Part shown: positions 43,761-58,639 of the stretch, piece by piece
Layout of the letters: each line of letters begins with the position of its first letter
Numbering within the stretch: the stretch's first letter is position 1
NCBI RefSeq assembly: GCF_009914755.1
Contig: NC_060935.1
Source: the human T2T-CHM13v2.0 reference genome, Homo sapiens
Length of the DNA stretch: 64,000 nt
Direction: 5' to 3' (one strand)
Translations under genes and position numbers: made by a program
Notes under the pieces: generated by a model
Database searches by the model: none
What the model saw: the letters and a program-made list of their open reading frames with translations, nothing else
What the model was told of the DNA's origin: nothing

Positions 43761-45269
43761 TTGGGGCAGGTCTGGCCTAGTTCTGCATCTCTGCTCCACT
43801 TCCTCGCCTTGTACTTCTGCGTCTTGGGCAGTCGGATTTCACATCCATTTCTGGTGAACGCTGGAAAGCCAGTAAGATGAAACCTAGAAAGCTGGACCTG
43901 GTGGCTTGGAGGGTTGCACCCCCACCCTGCCCTGCTGCCAGACCACATCTGTCCTGTGCCACCTCTCAGCACGTGTGCTTCCACGTGCGAGTGTGGTAGC
44001 CCCGGGTGAGTGCCCACTCTCAGAGATGAGGAGGCTGGGCTACACGAGGAAGGAGCTCAACAGACTGTCCTGCGCTGAAGCCGCTGCCTTTGTCCTCCCA
44101 CCTTGCCCTGAGTGAGGGGTTGGAGCAGCTGTCACAGCTGCACCATCTTCTTCTCTGCATGGCATCCAGCCTCTCTGTTCAATAATCTGTCATCCCCACC
44201 AATAATTTTTCTGCCCCCATGGACTCATCCCCAGGGGGTTCACTGTCCCTGCCCCACACAGGCCAGCCTCCTGTCCAACATGATGCAGGCTGGCAGGAGC
44301 AGTCCTGGCTCTTGAATACACACCTAAGCATGCAGCCTGGCCCTTCCAGGGAGGCCAGGTGGAGTATTTGCTAGGATGAGATGATAGACCTGCGGACCAG
44401 GAAGACCTTATGGGTGCTCATGGAACTCTCATTCATGAGAAAACCAGCAGAGGCTGCCTCACTTCCAATTTCTTCTTCTCTGAACAGTTCTCAGTCCATC
44501 AGTGCAGAGCACATGGAAGGAAGAGGCTACCTCAGGCCAGAGACACCGACCCTGTCCTTGAGGCACTCCTCCAGGTTGCAGGAGAGAAGGCTGCAGGCTG
44601 GAGAAGGCCTCGAAGTCCAGCCTCTCTGTCCAGGGCTGATGCTGCCTGTGGCGGCCCCAACCAACAGGCCAGTGATGTTGGTGACCCGGAAGTCACGACA
44701 AGCCTGCTGCATTCCAGTGGCTTTCGACTTCAGCTGGACTGTAATAGAGTGGGAGGAATGGTGGTCTAAGTCATTTTGGGGAGTTTTGCAGGGGGCATCT
44801 CTAAAGCCCCTGCTTCTGTTTAGGAGGAAGCTTTTGTCCATCCACTGAGAACCCTCTAGGAGACAGCAGCAATGGCCTACAATAGGCACATTCAAAGAGC
44901 AGGGGCAAAATGTGGTGGTGAAGAAGAAGAATTTGGAAAACAGAGTCCTGTGTGCTCCCAGGGAAGGGGAAGAAGGGAGGGTCTCTGGTGCTTCTGAGCT
45001 ATAAATTGGCTCAGTCAGGTTAGGTGCTTACATTTATTTTTCTTCTCATCAGCACGGACACCGTGGCTGGTAATGGAGCTGCCGTGCAGTAACTCATGCA
45101 TGAGATTAGCAACACAGAAGGACAGCCGGGGACTGCTGGCTGTAGGCGGGCATGGGTGAGAGGAACTGGAGGGTGACCAGGTGTGGCTGCTCACTCAGGT
45201 GGACTCCCACAGGGGCATGGAGGTGGGGGCTTACATTCCGAATTTCTAGGCAAGGAGGGGACCCTGGAG

Positions 45270-45400
45270 ATCATTACAGTCCAGCTTCCTCGTTGTGCAG
45301 ATAAGGAGCAGAGGTCCAGTTTGAGGAAGGGACTTGCCCGGGGGTGCACAGCAGGCTGGTGGCAGAGTGTGGGCTAGGCCTGAGTCCTGTCGTCTTGCCT
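45270..45400 (-). mobile_element. MIR fragment
   Basis: 'gtgcagataaggagcagagg...gacttgcccggggtgcacagcaggctggtggcagag'. Confidence 0.55.
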
Positions 45401-48400
45401 GCAGAGGGATTATGCTGTAGGGAGGAGAGTGCCTGTGATGGCTGCACAGCCAGATGGTGATTCCAGCACCGGCCAGATCTGTGCTGCGTTCATCTCTCTC
45501 ATCAAACCCTCTCTTCTAATTCCTCCGTGCTCTCTCTGTTCTTGTGGTAATTTCCACCAGCTGGCCCTTCAGAGAAGCGTGTGTGTGTCCAGAAGCATGG
45601 AGGCCGCAGGTGTACTAGCTGATCCTGTCCTCCCCATGCAGGACTGGAGAGGCCTTGGAAGCCCAGCTCATGTCCCACCTGTGCACTGCCTGTGCAGAAG
45701 CCTGTCCCTACGAACAGGCTCCACTGTCAACCCACTCTGCTTGCCAGATGAAAACTGGGTGAGTCAAGAAAAGGCAGCTTCTACCTACTCACTCCACTTG
45801 TTCGTTCCAGGCAATGTCCCCATGTTTACTCACGCACGCATTGGATTAGGAGACCTGGAATCTGAGATGTCCCAGCAAGCTTTAGCTAAGGTCATGGTTA
45901 CCTCCATGAAACTGCTGCTGTAAGTGCCACAGCTGGAGTTATAACGATTTCTCTCCTTTCCTGCAGGTCCCTGCAGGTAGGCTGCTTTCTTTTGTCTCTT
46001 AAGTCACTGCCACTTACTTTGTCCTGCAAAATAACTTCCCAAAGACTACACTCCCATGCGGGCCAGTCTTCCCAGGTCCCACCTTCCCTCCTTGTATTTG
46101 CTAACTCCTTTCTTGGTCCTCAGCTTCATTGCTATTCATCCAGTAGATGAGGAAGAAAGACAATGTTTATGCATGGGGCGAGGAAGTGGGGGAGTCATAA
46201 CCCGAAGTGGCTCGTGGCTTCCACCCACCATCTATTGGCCAGAACTCAGTCAAAGAAGAGCTGCTATTACCCTTGACAGTTCCTTGCAGCTGTCACTTCT
46301 CCCTGAGCCCATTCCGCCTGGGACCCTTCTCCCTTTTTTATTTGATGAATCCCCACTCTGACAGCTTCCAAGTCAGGTCTTGGTTTGACCCCAGGGAAGC
46401 CTCCCTGAAGTCCTTGTCCTGGGCTGCTTGGCCAACCATGTGCACGTAAACCCTGGACTGCCCTTGGTGCCTTCACACTCTTATGCATGCTCCTCATCCA
46501 TTTTTCTGATTAGACCACCGGCTTCTCAAGGTCAAGGTCTCAGTTACATCTTTTATTTTCTTTAATTTTAGTTTTTAACACAGCACTTCGTATAATAGAT
46601 CAGTGGTTCTTAATAGAGATTATAACTTACAATCACTAGTAGGCCTTCTAAAATATCTGTGCTGGGCTCTACCTCTAAATAATTAAATTGAAATCTGTGA
46701 ATGTAGAGTCTAGATTTTTTATAGCCCAAATATTCATTCAGGGTTATGAATCGTAGTAGATGCCACAGAAATGTTTGTTGAATAAATAAACCTTTTTTTT
46801 TCTCCAGAACTTAGGAGTGCAAAGGAGACAGGGCAGGGCAATGGGACTCTTTCTGGGGTCCTCAAACTCTCTTGGACAAGTTATGCCCATTTCACACAGT
46901 CTATAGACATCAAAATTGATATTAACCATTTAAAAGAATCTTTCAAATTTGTCCTGGGTGCTTTAAATGGAACAGAACAAAATTTCCTTCTTCTAGTTTC
47001 AGAATTAGAAAAAAAAAGGTATACATGCCAAGAAAGAAAAATAACTAACAAATATTTTATCATAAGCACTTATGGACCACCAACTCTATGCCTATATCCA
47101 AGTGGGACCGTGAGCAGCATATGACATATAGAGGCTTAGATTTTCGAGCTTAGCCAGGAAACCAAGCATATGCACAAAAGAGAACTGTATAGATGAGTAT
47201 TTTCTCTGGATATTTTAAAGACACATTACTTAGTACAGATAATTAGAAAAGAAGACAGCATACCATCAGGTGCTAATTATGCAGTGCAGAAAATAATGCA
47301 AAAGGAGTGAGAGGAGGGAGAAATTCCTCTGGGCTCATGTCTTAGAGAAGGCTTTGTGGAAGAGCGAGACTGGGGGTGCAGCTGGAAGGGGGTCCCATGC
47401 AGGAACTGCTGTGGGCAGAGGGAAGCCTTCCCAGGCCAGAGGACTCTCATGTGCAGATTCAGAAATGGGCATGGTCATCTGGACATTTTGTAAGAGATGG
47501 GTATGGCTGGAACAGGTGTTTAGAGGAAGGAACATGAAGTCCAGGTGTTTGTGGATGATAGACCAAATGACAGGGAGGCTCTAGCGGCAGAGGTGAGATC
47601 TTTGCTGGAGCCACGAGAACTAGTGCTGGTGTGTGATCTGGAGACCCTGGGGTCCCCCAGGGCTTGGAGAGCTGACTCTGACAAGGGCATGAGTGAAGGA
47701 GAGATGTGAGGAGGAGCACACACAGTGGCCTGCAAGGAGACCATTTGGGCTACCAGGGCATGAAGGCATCAGGCTCTGGCCCATGATGGCAGTGGAGGGA
47801 GGGGCATGAGGCTGTGAGAGCCTGGCCACCTCCAGTAGAACAGCCGGCAAAGCCTGAGACACCCTCCCGCTCTCCGATGACCCTGGCTCCTCTGGGCTGC
47901 CGCCCCCTTCCCTGCACCCTGAGCATCCTCTCCTCACCTGATCAGAGGCCATTTGGACCCTGGATTTGCACCTGGGGCACAGCTTCCTCGAAAAGAAGTG
48001 GGGGGAGGGATTGATGCTATTTTATCACCATCAAGGACTTCTGAATGTGTGGAGTTTTCTGAGTTTAACGGGCTGAGAAATGGAAAGGCATTTGTTGGCA
48101 GTGCCTGGACTCCCAAACTGCTGTGCTGCCGAGCGCCCCGTGGCCTCCCGGCTGCAGGCCCCACTTTCTCTCTGAGCTTTGCTGTGGCACAGACACACTC
48201 TTTGCTCACCCACAGTCCATTGGTGGTCTCAGGCAGGGAGTTCGCCTTTGAAGGCATCCTCTTTTTAAAGCTTGGGAAAAGACATTTCCCGTTTCCCGAG
48301 CTCAGCACCTCCACAGATGGCTACTTCTTTCTAGAGTGTTCTGAATTAAAACAGGCCAGGAGGAAGCCTTCTGAACCAACTGACATGTGTGTGCTCATTT

Positions 48401-49957
48401 GTAGGAAGAAGTTAATGATAACTTTTTTGCCATCTTGTAAAGCTATGTGATGATATGGGAAAATGTCCTCTGCATGACAGGTGCTTTGTTTGGAGAGCCA
48501 CTATCGACATAGACGTGTATTTTAGTCCCTATGAAGACACTGAGGCTGAAGGGCTTCTTGGCTTTCCCAAGACTCCACAACTAGTTATGGTTCTTGGTAT
48601 GAGCCCAGCTTCTCTGAGATTCCTGAGAGCTCCTGCACCCTTCTCCTGCAGTGCAGACAATACTTAGAATCAGGCCACACAGGTGCTGGTACTGCCTTTG
48701 GGTGGGATTTTTATCGCTCAGATGACTGAGGCTGCTACTTTATTTAATAAACTTTCAGCAGGTGTGCAGGGCTGGGGGCAAGGGAATGGCCATCTTCATG
48801 GCTTGGCAGTCCTTTGGGACTGTGGAATTGTCAATGTCCTGGGTGATAAAAGCATGCACGACTCTGGTTTCTTTTTCTCTGGGGCCAATTCTCCCAAAAC
48901 CGTATTTCCAATGGCTCCAGCTCAGCAGAGCTGTCTGTCCAAAAAGCAGAGATATTTCAGGGCCATGGATGCTTTCTGAATCTCTAAGTCCTCCCTTCTT
49001 GCCCACAATGTCATCTCAGGACCAATGGTTGAGGACAGGGATTCAGATCATCAGCCCCCAACTATCATAGGCAGAGGAGAATCCCCCAAATTTATGACAG
49101 CAGGAGCTCCTCTCAGAGATGGGAGGTTGGGACATAGGAGAAGAAGAAAGAAATGTCTTCTGTAGAAAACTCAACCTCTGCAACTTCCCCGTATGTGCCT
49201 TCAAAGAGAGGAGAACTCTTGTGATGATAATGAGTAACAGTGAGTAGTCTGAATTTTTTCATTTTTAGGAGGCTTGGGGAACAGTAACTACTTGGTACCA
49301 ACAACCCTATTATGAATTAGGCCACAAGTATTATTCCCTGCATGAAGAATAGAGACTACTTTTCTCTAGAGGTGGGAAAAGAAAGAGACTACAAAGCGAC
49401 AAGTACAACGGAAAGACTTTCATTAAAAAAAAATAACAAAGAAAACACAAGCAAACAAAAGAAGAGTTTATCCAGGAATTAGCAAGTCCACAAGGAGCCT
49501 TCTGGAATACCCACCTTCCTGGTGTATTGGTATATTGTATGTTGGTATAAAATATGCAATCTAAGTGAAAGGGAACTGTCTAAAGTTCCCAAACCTCAGC
49601 TTCCACGTCCATATGGAAAGCAGGAGCCATTTGCCATCTCTAATGTTTGCTCAGCATTGGCTGCGGGTATCTGCCTGGGGAGGACGGTGTGATAACTCAA
49701 CATCCACATGTCCCTCCCACACCAGCAGGCTCGGGGAAGGAGGGCTGAAGAGCCTTTAGGTGTGGGGTTCCCACAGGGATGAGCCTGCAGTAGTGGGCTG
49801 GGAAGTGCAAGCTGGGCTGAACCTGTCTCCCGTGCAACCTTCCAGCATCATTTCCATCTGGGACCTTCTCATCAAACATCGCTCCCAGTCTCTAAGCACG
49901 TTTATTTCCTCAATGTTTTATAATCAGATAGAGCTCAGCTCACCTGTAAAAGGATTA

Positions 49958-50265
49958 CAGCATCTCCCCTTATCTGCAGTTTTATTTTCCATAGTTTCAG
50001 TTACCTGCAGTACAGTATAATAAGATCTTTTGAGAGGGAGATCAAATTCACCTTTATTACAGACTATTGTTATAATCATTCTATTTTATTATGAGTTATT
50101 GTTGTTAATCTCTTACTATGCCTAATTTATAAATTAAGCTTTATCATAGGTATGTATGTATAAGAAAAAACATATTAACCTATGTGGGGTTCTGTACTAT
50201 CCACTGTTTCACACACCCAGTGGAAGCTGTGGAACACATCCCCCTTGAGTAAGGGGGGACTACTG
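49958..50265 (+). mobile_element. MER44A-like (Tigger7-derived) MITE, second copy
   Basis: TA flanks; ends 'cagcatctccccttatc' and 'gagtaaggggggactactg'; opposite orientation to the copy at 2353-2686. Confidence 0.87.
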
Positions 50266-50499
50266 TATTCCCTTTTCTCTCTTAAAAACAAAATATTTCC
50301 TTTCCTCCCTATCCTTGTCTCTGAAAGGCCACGTGTGGCAATGGCAGGCGTCCCCCAACACACCTTTACCCACTTTAAGTGGAGAGCAGAGTCCCTACAC
50401 ACTGCTGCTTCCTGCGCTTTACAGAGCTAGGAGAGCTAGGGCCATACTCAGGGATTTTGTCAGTCAAGGTAAGGGAGGCAGAGAGGCAGAGAGCTTATA

Positions 50500-51130
50500 T
50501 CCATCCCACAAAGCACACGTTTGCCGGTGCTATAAATTTAAGGAAGTTGTCTTCACAGGCAGTGTGTTTGCATGGAGTGATGGGGAGAGGGGCGGGAGCA
50601 GTGGAGAAAGGGGCTTGACTTAGAAATTAATGACAGCTGCATTACATCCTGATCTGTGGACATCCTCCACACCCTGATTTGATATTACGCTGGGGCCACA
50701 GAGAGAAGAAAAATCACCTGAATATATAAAGCCTGTATTTGGCATAGTGTAAATAATTTTAAATGAAACTGTCAGGCTTAAGCCCTGAAATGTGCCTCCA
50801 GCAAAAGATAAACACACAGAGGAGAAAGGGGTTCTATAGGGAGGGGGGAAGACATCACAATCTTTAATATTTTTAATCAGTCTGTCATCTCCAAACAGGA
50901 CACATTGTTGCAGATACCCTTGTAGACTATACATTTGCTGATTTTGTGTGCGCGCTGTTCAACGCAAGCATGATAGTTCCATTTCAGAGGCTCAGCAAGA
51001 CTTAAAATCTGCTTGGCAGCAGCTGGGCCAGTAAAAGCATCAGGTGCTGTCAATGGGTGACTCAGTAATCGACCTGAAATCTGCAACTGTAATGCAACAG
51101 CTGCAGCCAGCCCCGTGGGTTCATAAGGCT
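50500..51130. promoter_or_regulatory. Candidate enhancer island (MEIS/E-box/AP-1/homeodomain)
   Basis: AATTAA-TGACAG-CTG at 50625-50639, CAGGTG at 51041, TGTCA at 51048, AP-1 TGACTCA at 51058-51064. Confidence 0.35.
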
Positions 51131-51700
51131 TGGCCACAGGTTTAGATGCAGGAGGTGTTACGAGTAGACGGCCCAAGCGGAGGCTGACCCCAGAGGCTGT
51201 GCAGCTCTCTGAAGGCTGCAGCCCCACCTCCGCACGATGAGGCTGCTGCTGGCATTCCCACTGTCAGACCACTGAGCTCAAGTTCTGGCTTCAAGCGCTA
51301 AAACCTTCCTGAGGGCCTGACCACAAAGGAGTAGAACGATGAATCAGTAAGTTTTATCATTTTCTCAAAGGAATTGTTACATAGAAGACAATGGGTCCAC
51401 TGAGGTAGGGGGAGAGGCTGAGAAGAATGGAGGGAGGGTCTCGAAAAGCTTAGGGAGAAAGGTTTAGCAGTGGCGTTCAAAGTCAAATAGAGATTTGCTA
51501 AAGTCCAGGCTCAAATAGAGGTCTGAGCCCAGGGCTGGACAGAGGAATTGTATTATACGAGGGGTCTGGATGTGATCCAACAGGTCTAAGTTCTGAAGCA
51601 AAGCAGCTCAAGGCTGGTGGACATGCTGGGAGTGGTGGAGGCCTTGCAAGGAGGACTGTCAGCAAGGCAGCGGGCATACCTCAACTTGGCACGTCACCTC

Positions 51701-52298
51701 TGTTGAAGTCGAATAAATATAGAGATGAATGTCTTAATTTGAAACATTTTATCTGGGAAACAAGAATTGCGTTTTGAGGCCGACATACAGTGTGGATGGT
51801 CTTTGGTATGTCTGATGAACAAAGAGAAAGTTGGAAGTTTTATAAAAAGGAGAAACGTTATTCATTGTTCTGAAAGAAAGTTCATTGGCACTAGCAAAGT
51901 CTTAACCCATTTGTGCCTAGGTTGCAAATTTTGTGTGTGTGAAAAATAAGACCTTGGCGGTGACCTTGAGCAGTAGGATATAAATAACTACTAGCTTAGC
52001 GTTCCAATAGTGGAGCACTAGGCGTAAGTTGATTAAGGAGCTGGCAAGCTCTGACTGGTGAGTGACAATGGTAGGTAAAACTGGTCTCAGAGTTTGTTTC
52101 AGTAGCAGCAGGTTGTTTCAGTCGCTGTTAGATAAAACTGGTTTTCAATTACACTAGGCAGTTCCAGAAGCCAGGCTAGCAGAGAATTATATTTCTGAAG
52201 CAATGTTATGTGTCCTGAGTGCTTTTTCCCTTGGCCTCTTGATTCTGTTTTGGTTGAGTATGACAGGAATGACCCAATTTGTATAATCAACATTCACA
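51701..52298 (-). mobile_element. ERV1-class (MER4-group, MER34-like) solo LTR, interrupted by MER85
   Basis: TG...CA ends ('tgttgaagtc', 'cattcaca'); TSD-like cctc/cctt; minus-strand TATAAAA and GATAAAA at the polyA-signal position. Subfamily uncertain. Confidence 0.75.
51906..52032 (-). mobile_element. MER85 piggyBac MITE, copy 2
   Basis: TTAA at 51902-51905 and 52033-52036; 'gagcagtaggatataaataact', 'agcgttccaatagtggagcactaggc'; reverse orientation to copy 1. Confidence 0.93.
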
Positions 52299-53578
52299 CC
52301 TTCTCTGCTTCAGAACTGAGCTGGGACTGCCCTCCCTCCTTCGTTCTCATCAAGCCAGCTAAAGTCGAGTGCCCCAGCATGGCTCCCAAAACAGACAGGC
52401 CCAGAAAGCCAGTGTGGCTCTTTGCCTCAGGGAGGGGTGCTGCAGGGTAAGCAGCTTGCAAAGAGGGGGTTCAGCTCAGCTCTAAGAGAAATGGGACTGA
52501 GAAGGGAAAGGGGAGCCCGAAAGGAAACCTTGATATCATGAATAATGTTAATTTGGAGCCAAAGAACCTCCTTGCCGATAGAGAAAATCCTGTCTACTCG
52601 TAAGGGCTTGTGCATGCCTACATTTTGAGTTGGGGCTAGAGTTGATGACACTAGCATGTTCCTTTGAGGTTTACAATTCTATTTTTTCTCTTATATGGAC
52701 GGATCTCTGCTTCAGCTAAATTGGATTATTTGCTGGACCTAAGCTTCCTGTGCTTTCCTATCTCTATGATTTTCATGCTTTTCTGACTCTTGAAATGTCT
52801 CCTCAGTTCACGCAACACCATGTGTGAGGTCCTATGCTGGATGACGGAGGTCCAGCATCATATAAGATGCTTCAGTGTGCTCAAGGGGTGCAATGTTTAT
52901 TTCAGGGAAATGGACTTGTAACATATTACAAATCAATAATTCAATGAATATCTATCAAGCATACTTTCTGTGCCAGGAGCTGTACTTGGTGCTAGGGATA
53001 TGGTGTTGAACCATGAGAGAGTTGCTCTCCTCCAGGATCCAAGTGACAACAGAAGGCAAAACTAACTAGCAAACATATAACATGAAGAAAAACAAAGAAG
53101 ACTAAGTCCAAGAGAGTGTGTCCTGTATCTTTAGATAGGGTGGATGGGAGTAGCTTCTCAGATGCAGTGCCATTTAAGCAGAGACATGAAGTGAGAGCAC
53201 ACAGATGGCCAGAAAGGAGGCCCCCTGCATGCAGTAGAGAGGTGAGCACAAGCCGAGAAGCCACAGGAACCCAAAAGAGGGGTGGGGGAAGGGAGGAGAG
53301 CAGCAGGTCAGAGAGAGGCTGGCAGAGAGAGACTTTGGCCAGCCACGAAGAAGCATTTGTATCTTCCTCTGAGGAAGATGGGAAGCCACTGGGGGTTATT
53401 CCATTTGCCGAAAGGAAGATGATTAAGGGAAGAGGAAGTATGCCAGAAATGATACTGCGGCATGGTAAGTTTACATACAGTGCCTGTGAGGTAGCAAAAC
53501 GGATACGTTAAGTAGGTGTTTGTGTGTGAAATCCGGAGTTCAGGAAGAGATTTGGACCAAAAATTTTGGAATCATATG

Positions 53579-53929
53579 TGCAATGCACTAAATGTTTTTG
53601 TCCTCCCCCCCCAAATTTATGTGTTAAAATTTTAACTCATAATTTGATAGTATTACAAGGTAGTGTCTGTGAGCAGTGATTAGTTTATGAAGATGGAGAC
53701 CTCATGGATGGGACCACTGTCTTTATAAAGGTGGCCCCCGAGAGCTCTCTTTTTGGCCAATGAGAAGGCAGTGATCTGCAACCCAGAAGAGAGCCCTCAC
53801 AGAAGCCAGACATGCTGACACCATCAGCTCTGACTTCCAGCCTCCAGAACTGTGAGAAATGCATTTCTGTTGTTCATAAGCCACTCACTCCACAGTATTC
53901 TGTTATAGAAGCCCAAATGGACTGAGGGT
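53579..53929 (+). mobile_element. MaLR solo LTR (MLT1A0-like) nested in a minus-strand L2 (~52930-54300)
   Basis: 'gacttccagcctccagaactgtgagaaatgcatttctgttgttcataagccac...gttatagaagcccaaatggactga'. Confidence 0.85.
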
Positions 53930-54657
53930 ATGCAATGCATGCATTTGAGACTGGATCACTAGGGGATGAGTGTGAGTAGAGAGGGAAGAAGTTTGATTAC
54001 TGAGCCTGGAGTTACTCCAATACTCAGCAGAGAAGGAAGAGCCTGGAGGCAGGAGGATGAAAAGAAGAGAGTGGGTTCTTGGTTTACAGGTGCCTTATGC
54101 AGGAGAGCAATCAACAGTACAAGTGCTGCTGGCAGGTGGAGTGAGCTGAGAACTAAGAAGAGACTGCTGGGTTTGGCTATGCCGAGATCACCTGTGACCT
54201 GACAAAAGCCTTCCTGATGCAGTGATGGAGACACACAGATGTGCACATTTGGAGGGGAAAGCCCATAGTCGAAGCATTTATAGGGCACAGAGGAGAGTGG
54301 TCAAGAACACCTGCGGAGCTCCTTCCCCAGCCTCTGCCTACCAAAATCCCACCATCACAAAATTCATCTGTTCTCATTTACCTTCCCTCAGCCTCTCTCC
54401 CTACCCAACTGGACTGATTTTCTTTCTCCTTCTAACACCCAGCAGGATTTTCATGACATGTGTTACTGTCTGTCACTTAGGATAGGGGCTCTGGGTGATG
54501 TGTTACTCACATTTGTGTCTTATCTCTAGCACCTAGCACAAGGCCTTCGGCAGAATAAACACTACAGAAAACGTTTGCTGAATTAAATTTTGAGAGTAGT
54601 TACCAATCTCAGGCCACCCATTCCCAGGGCTGTCTAAACTGGGTTGTCAAATGCTGG

Positions 54658-54840
54658 AGCAATGGTTTGCAAACTTAGTTCACATCAAGTCACCTGGAGG
54701 GCTTATTCAAACAGTTTTCTGGGTTCCACTCAAGAGCTTGTGTTTCCGTAGGTTTGTAGTCCAAGCATTTACATTTCTAACAAGGTCCTAATTGATACTG
54801 AGACTTCTAGTTCAGGAGTTGCACTTGGATACCCACTGCC
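54658..54840. mobile_element. MER5A MITE
   Basis: 'caaacttag..cacatcaagtcacctggagggctt...catttctaacaag'. Confidence 0.7.
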
Positions 54841-55559
54841 CTAGGGCAAAAACATGATTTCATTCAATCATGTCCATTACTTGGCTTCCCTGGAGAAGCT
54901 AGCTCTTGTTTCTTTGTACATAAAGGCATCTGGCCAGATTGCACAGGATAATGTGAATACCACCTCTCCATGCAGTTAAAATGCCTTCATGGATCTGTGC
55001 ATAAGCCTCCCACATGGGGGTGCAGACATCTACGCCACTCTCAGAAAGTAGATCAGACAGCTGCCATTCAGGACCTACTGCGTCCAGGGGCCACAGGCCT
55101 CTTGCTCTCACCAGCAAGGTGCTGAATAAACAGGTGCCCATTGTCCTCACCTGCTTCTCTACAGTTGTATCACCCAGGTTCAGAAAGGGCTTGGTGTCTT
55201 CCAAAAATATTTTTAAACTATCTTATAGATGTGTTCATTGCACATCACTGAAAGTCTAAATTCTATGTTCATCTATAGGATTGATGAGAATAAGAAGTAA
55301 TACGATAATACAGTATTATCAGTATTTATTATGAATGTTCAGAATTTCAACTTACACATTGCCAGCTTTTAGAAAGAAAGACTATAGAAAAAAAAGAATT
55401 AATAGGATGATTATGAGTGCTTAGAAAGGAAAACCGCATTCACTGGAAACAAGCATTGATTCACTATGAGTAAGTCCTATTAACCTAACTCATTTCCTTT
55501 TTCTACCTAGTTACTTGTGAAGAAATTTAGTAAATTTCATGTTTTAAATCTAAGCACGG

Positions 55560-56736
<1,177 letters not shown>

Positions 56737-57354
56737 AAGAGAGTGCTTTTGATGTCACTGGGGAAATTCAGCCCTTGGCTGAGCAACAGTGTTGCAGAGG
56801 ATTTTCAAGTATTGATAGAAAGTTGAACAAGGTGACCTTATATTATGAAAATACTGTGATTCTGAGCTTTCTTAAGCTTGTGCACAGTCAGAACAATCAG
56901 TACAAAATATTTGTATTCTTCAAATAGTTTAGATCATTTCCTCTGGATGTTTTCAAGTATAAGGGAAATTGTGAAGATGAGGGTATCGGTTGCAAAAGCT
57001 ACCTTGCCCTACATCTGAGAGAGGGATTGCCTGTGAACCAGAATCTACGGGTATGCCTGTGGGCAATCACTGTTACTTTATAGCCAATCTTCTGACAATA
57101 AGACTTGGGTTGGCCAGTGCATTATAATCCCAACTCCCTTATTGTTGCAAAGTAGAATGTCTACTACTCAGCAGATTGGGTGCCATAGAGATACAGAAAT
57201 CTCAGAAAAGCATCTCATGAATTCTTGTAACTTCCATGTCTGTATAGTGACTGATAGCTACCCATATTTAACAATTTTGAGTTGGTGAAAAGAAAATTAA
57301 AAGACAGCTAAAGAAAAGTATCTGTGGAAATGACATTAAGAGATGGGAGAGACC

Positions 57355-57738
57355 TATGAACATGCAGAAGCTAAAGAAGTTGAACTCAGAGAAAAGAGAT
57401 TAGAAGGGTGCATACCAGGGGTAGCGGGGTGGAGGAAATGGGGAGATGATGGGCAAAGGATACAAACTTGTAGCTGTAAGAGGAATAAGTTATGAAGACA
57501 AATGCAGAGAACAGTAACTATGGTTAATAATAATGCATTGTATATTTGACATTTTTGAGGAGAGCAGATCTTAAGTATTTTTACCACAAAAAAGATAACT
57601 CTGAGGCAATGGGTATATTATCTACCTTGATTATGATAATAATTTCACAATGTGTATGCAAACCAAAATGTCACATTGTACACTTTGAATATATATAATT
57701 TTTCTTTGTCAATTATACCTCAATAAAGCTGAAAAAAG
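57355..57738 (+). mobile_element. L1MA/L1MB 3' end
   Basis: 'aaatggggagatg...aaaggatacaaactt...ttgtcaattatacctcaataaagctgaaaaaa'; TSD-like agagatgggaga/agagatgtgggaga. Confidence 0.85.
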
Positions 57739-57769
57739 AGAGATGTGGGAGATACAAAGCAGGGACATT

Positions 57770-58300
57770 CAAATTAAACATGCCTTTATCTGAAATCCCA
57801 GCAAGACCAAGAGAAACAAAAACATAGGTTTATGCACACACAAAACTGCATGCAAATTTTTGCAACAGCTTTATTCGTACTTTTCAAAAACTGGAAACAA
57901 CCCAAATGTCTCTCAACTAGTGAGTGGGTAAAAAAAAACTGAAGAACACCACACAGCAAAATACTACTCAGCAATAAAGAAGAAAGAGTTGCTGATATTG
58001 TTACATGTTTTGTGGCTGAGCCTTAAATGCAGATCCAAGAGGCTGAATACTGTATTATTCCATTCACAGAACATTCTGGAAAAGGCAAAACTATTGTGAC
58101 AGAAAACAGATCGGGTCTGGGGTTGTGGGATGAATTGACTATAAATGGGCACAAGAGAATTTTTTGGATGATGGAAATGTCTTATATCTTGATTATGGAG
58201 GTGGCTACATAACTATATGTTTGTTCAAACACATAAAACTATGCACTCAAAATGGTGACTTTTACTGGATGTCAATCATACATCCGTTTTAAAAAACAAA
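57770..58300 (+). mobile_element. Old L1M (L1MD/L1ME-like) 3' fragment
   Basis: 'cagctttattcgta...aaactggaaacaacccaaatgtc...tactactcagcaataaa...attctggaaaaggcaaaacta'. Confidence 0.75.
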
Positions 58301-58639
58301 CAGTGACCCAACATTTAAAAATACAAAAATGACAAAATCAAGAGGCTAGTGAGGGCTGGGGTCAGCCTTATAAGAAGGAAGGATGCAAATGGCACGTTGA
58401 AGTTAGTGAATTCGGTTCAGCAGAGAAGAAAGGTTGAAGATTGTCAGCTAAATGCTGCTTTTCTTTGTCCTGAGTTCCCTCTTCCTTGGTTGAGAGTGGC
58501 CACTGTTTCAGTTGAGGGGATCTGATTCTGTTTCAGTGGTTTCCTTTCATCCTGCATGGATCCTGGCAAACTCCAACATGTCCTGCCCTCTTCCTAGCAT
58601 TGTACAGCAACTTCCAGGAAGGGCCTGGCAGCAAAACTG

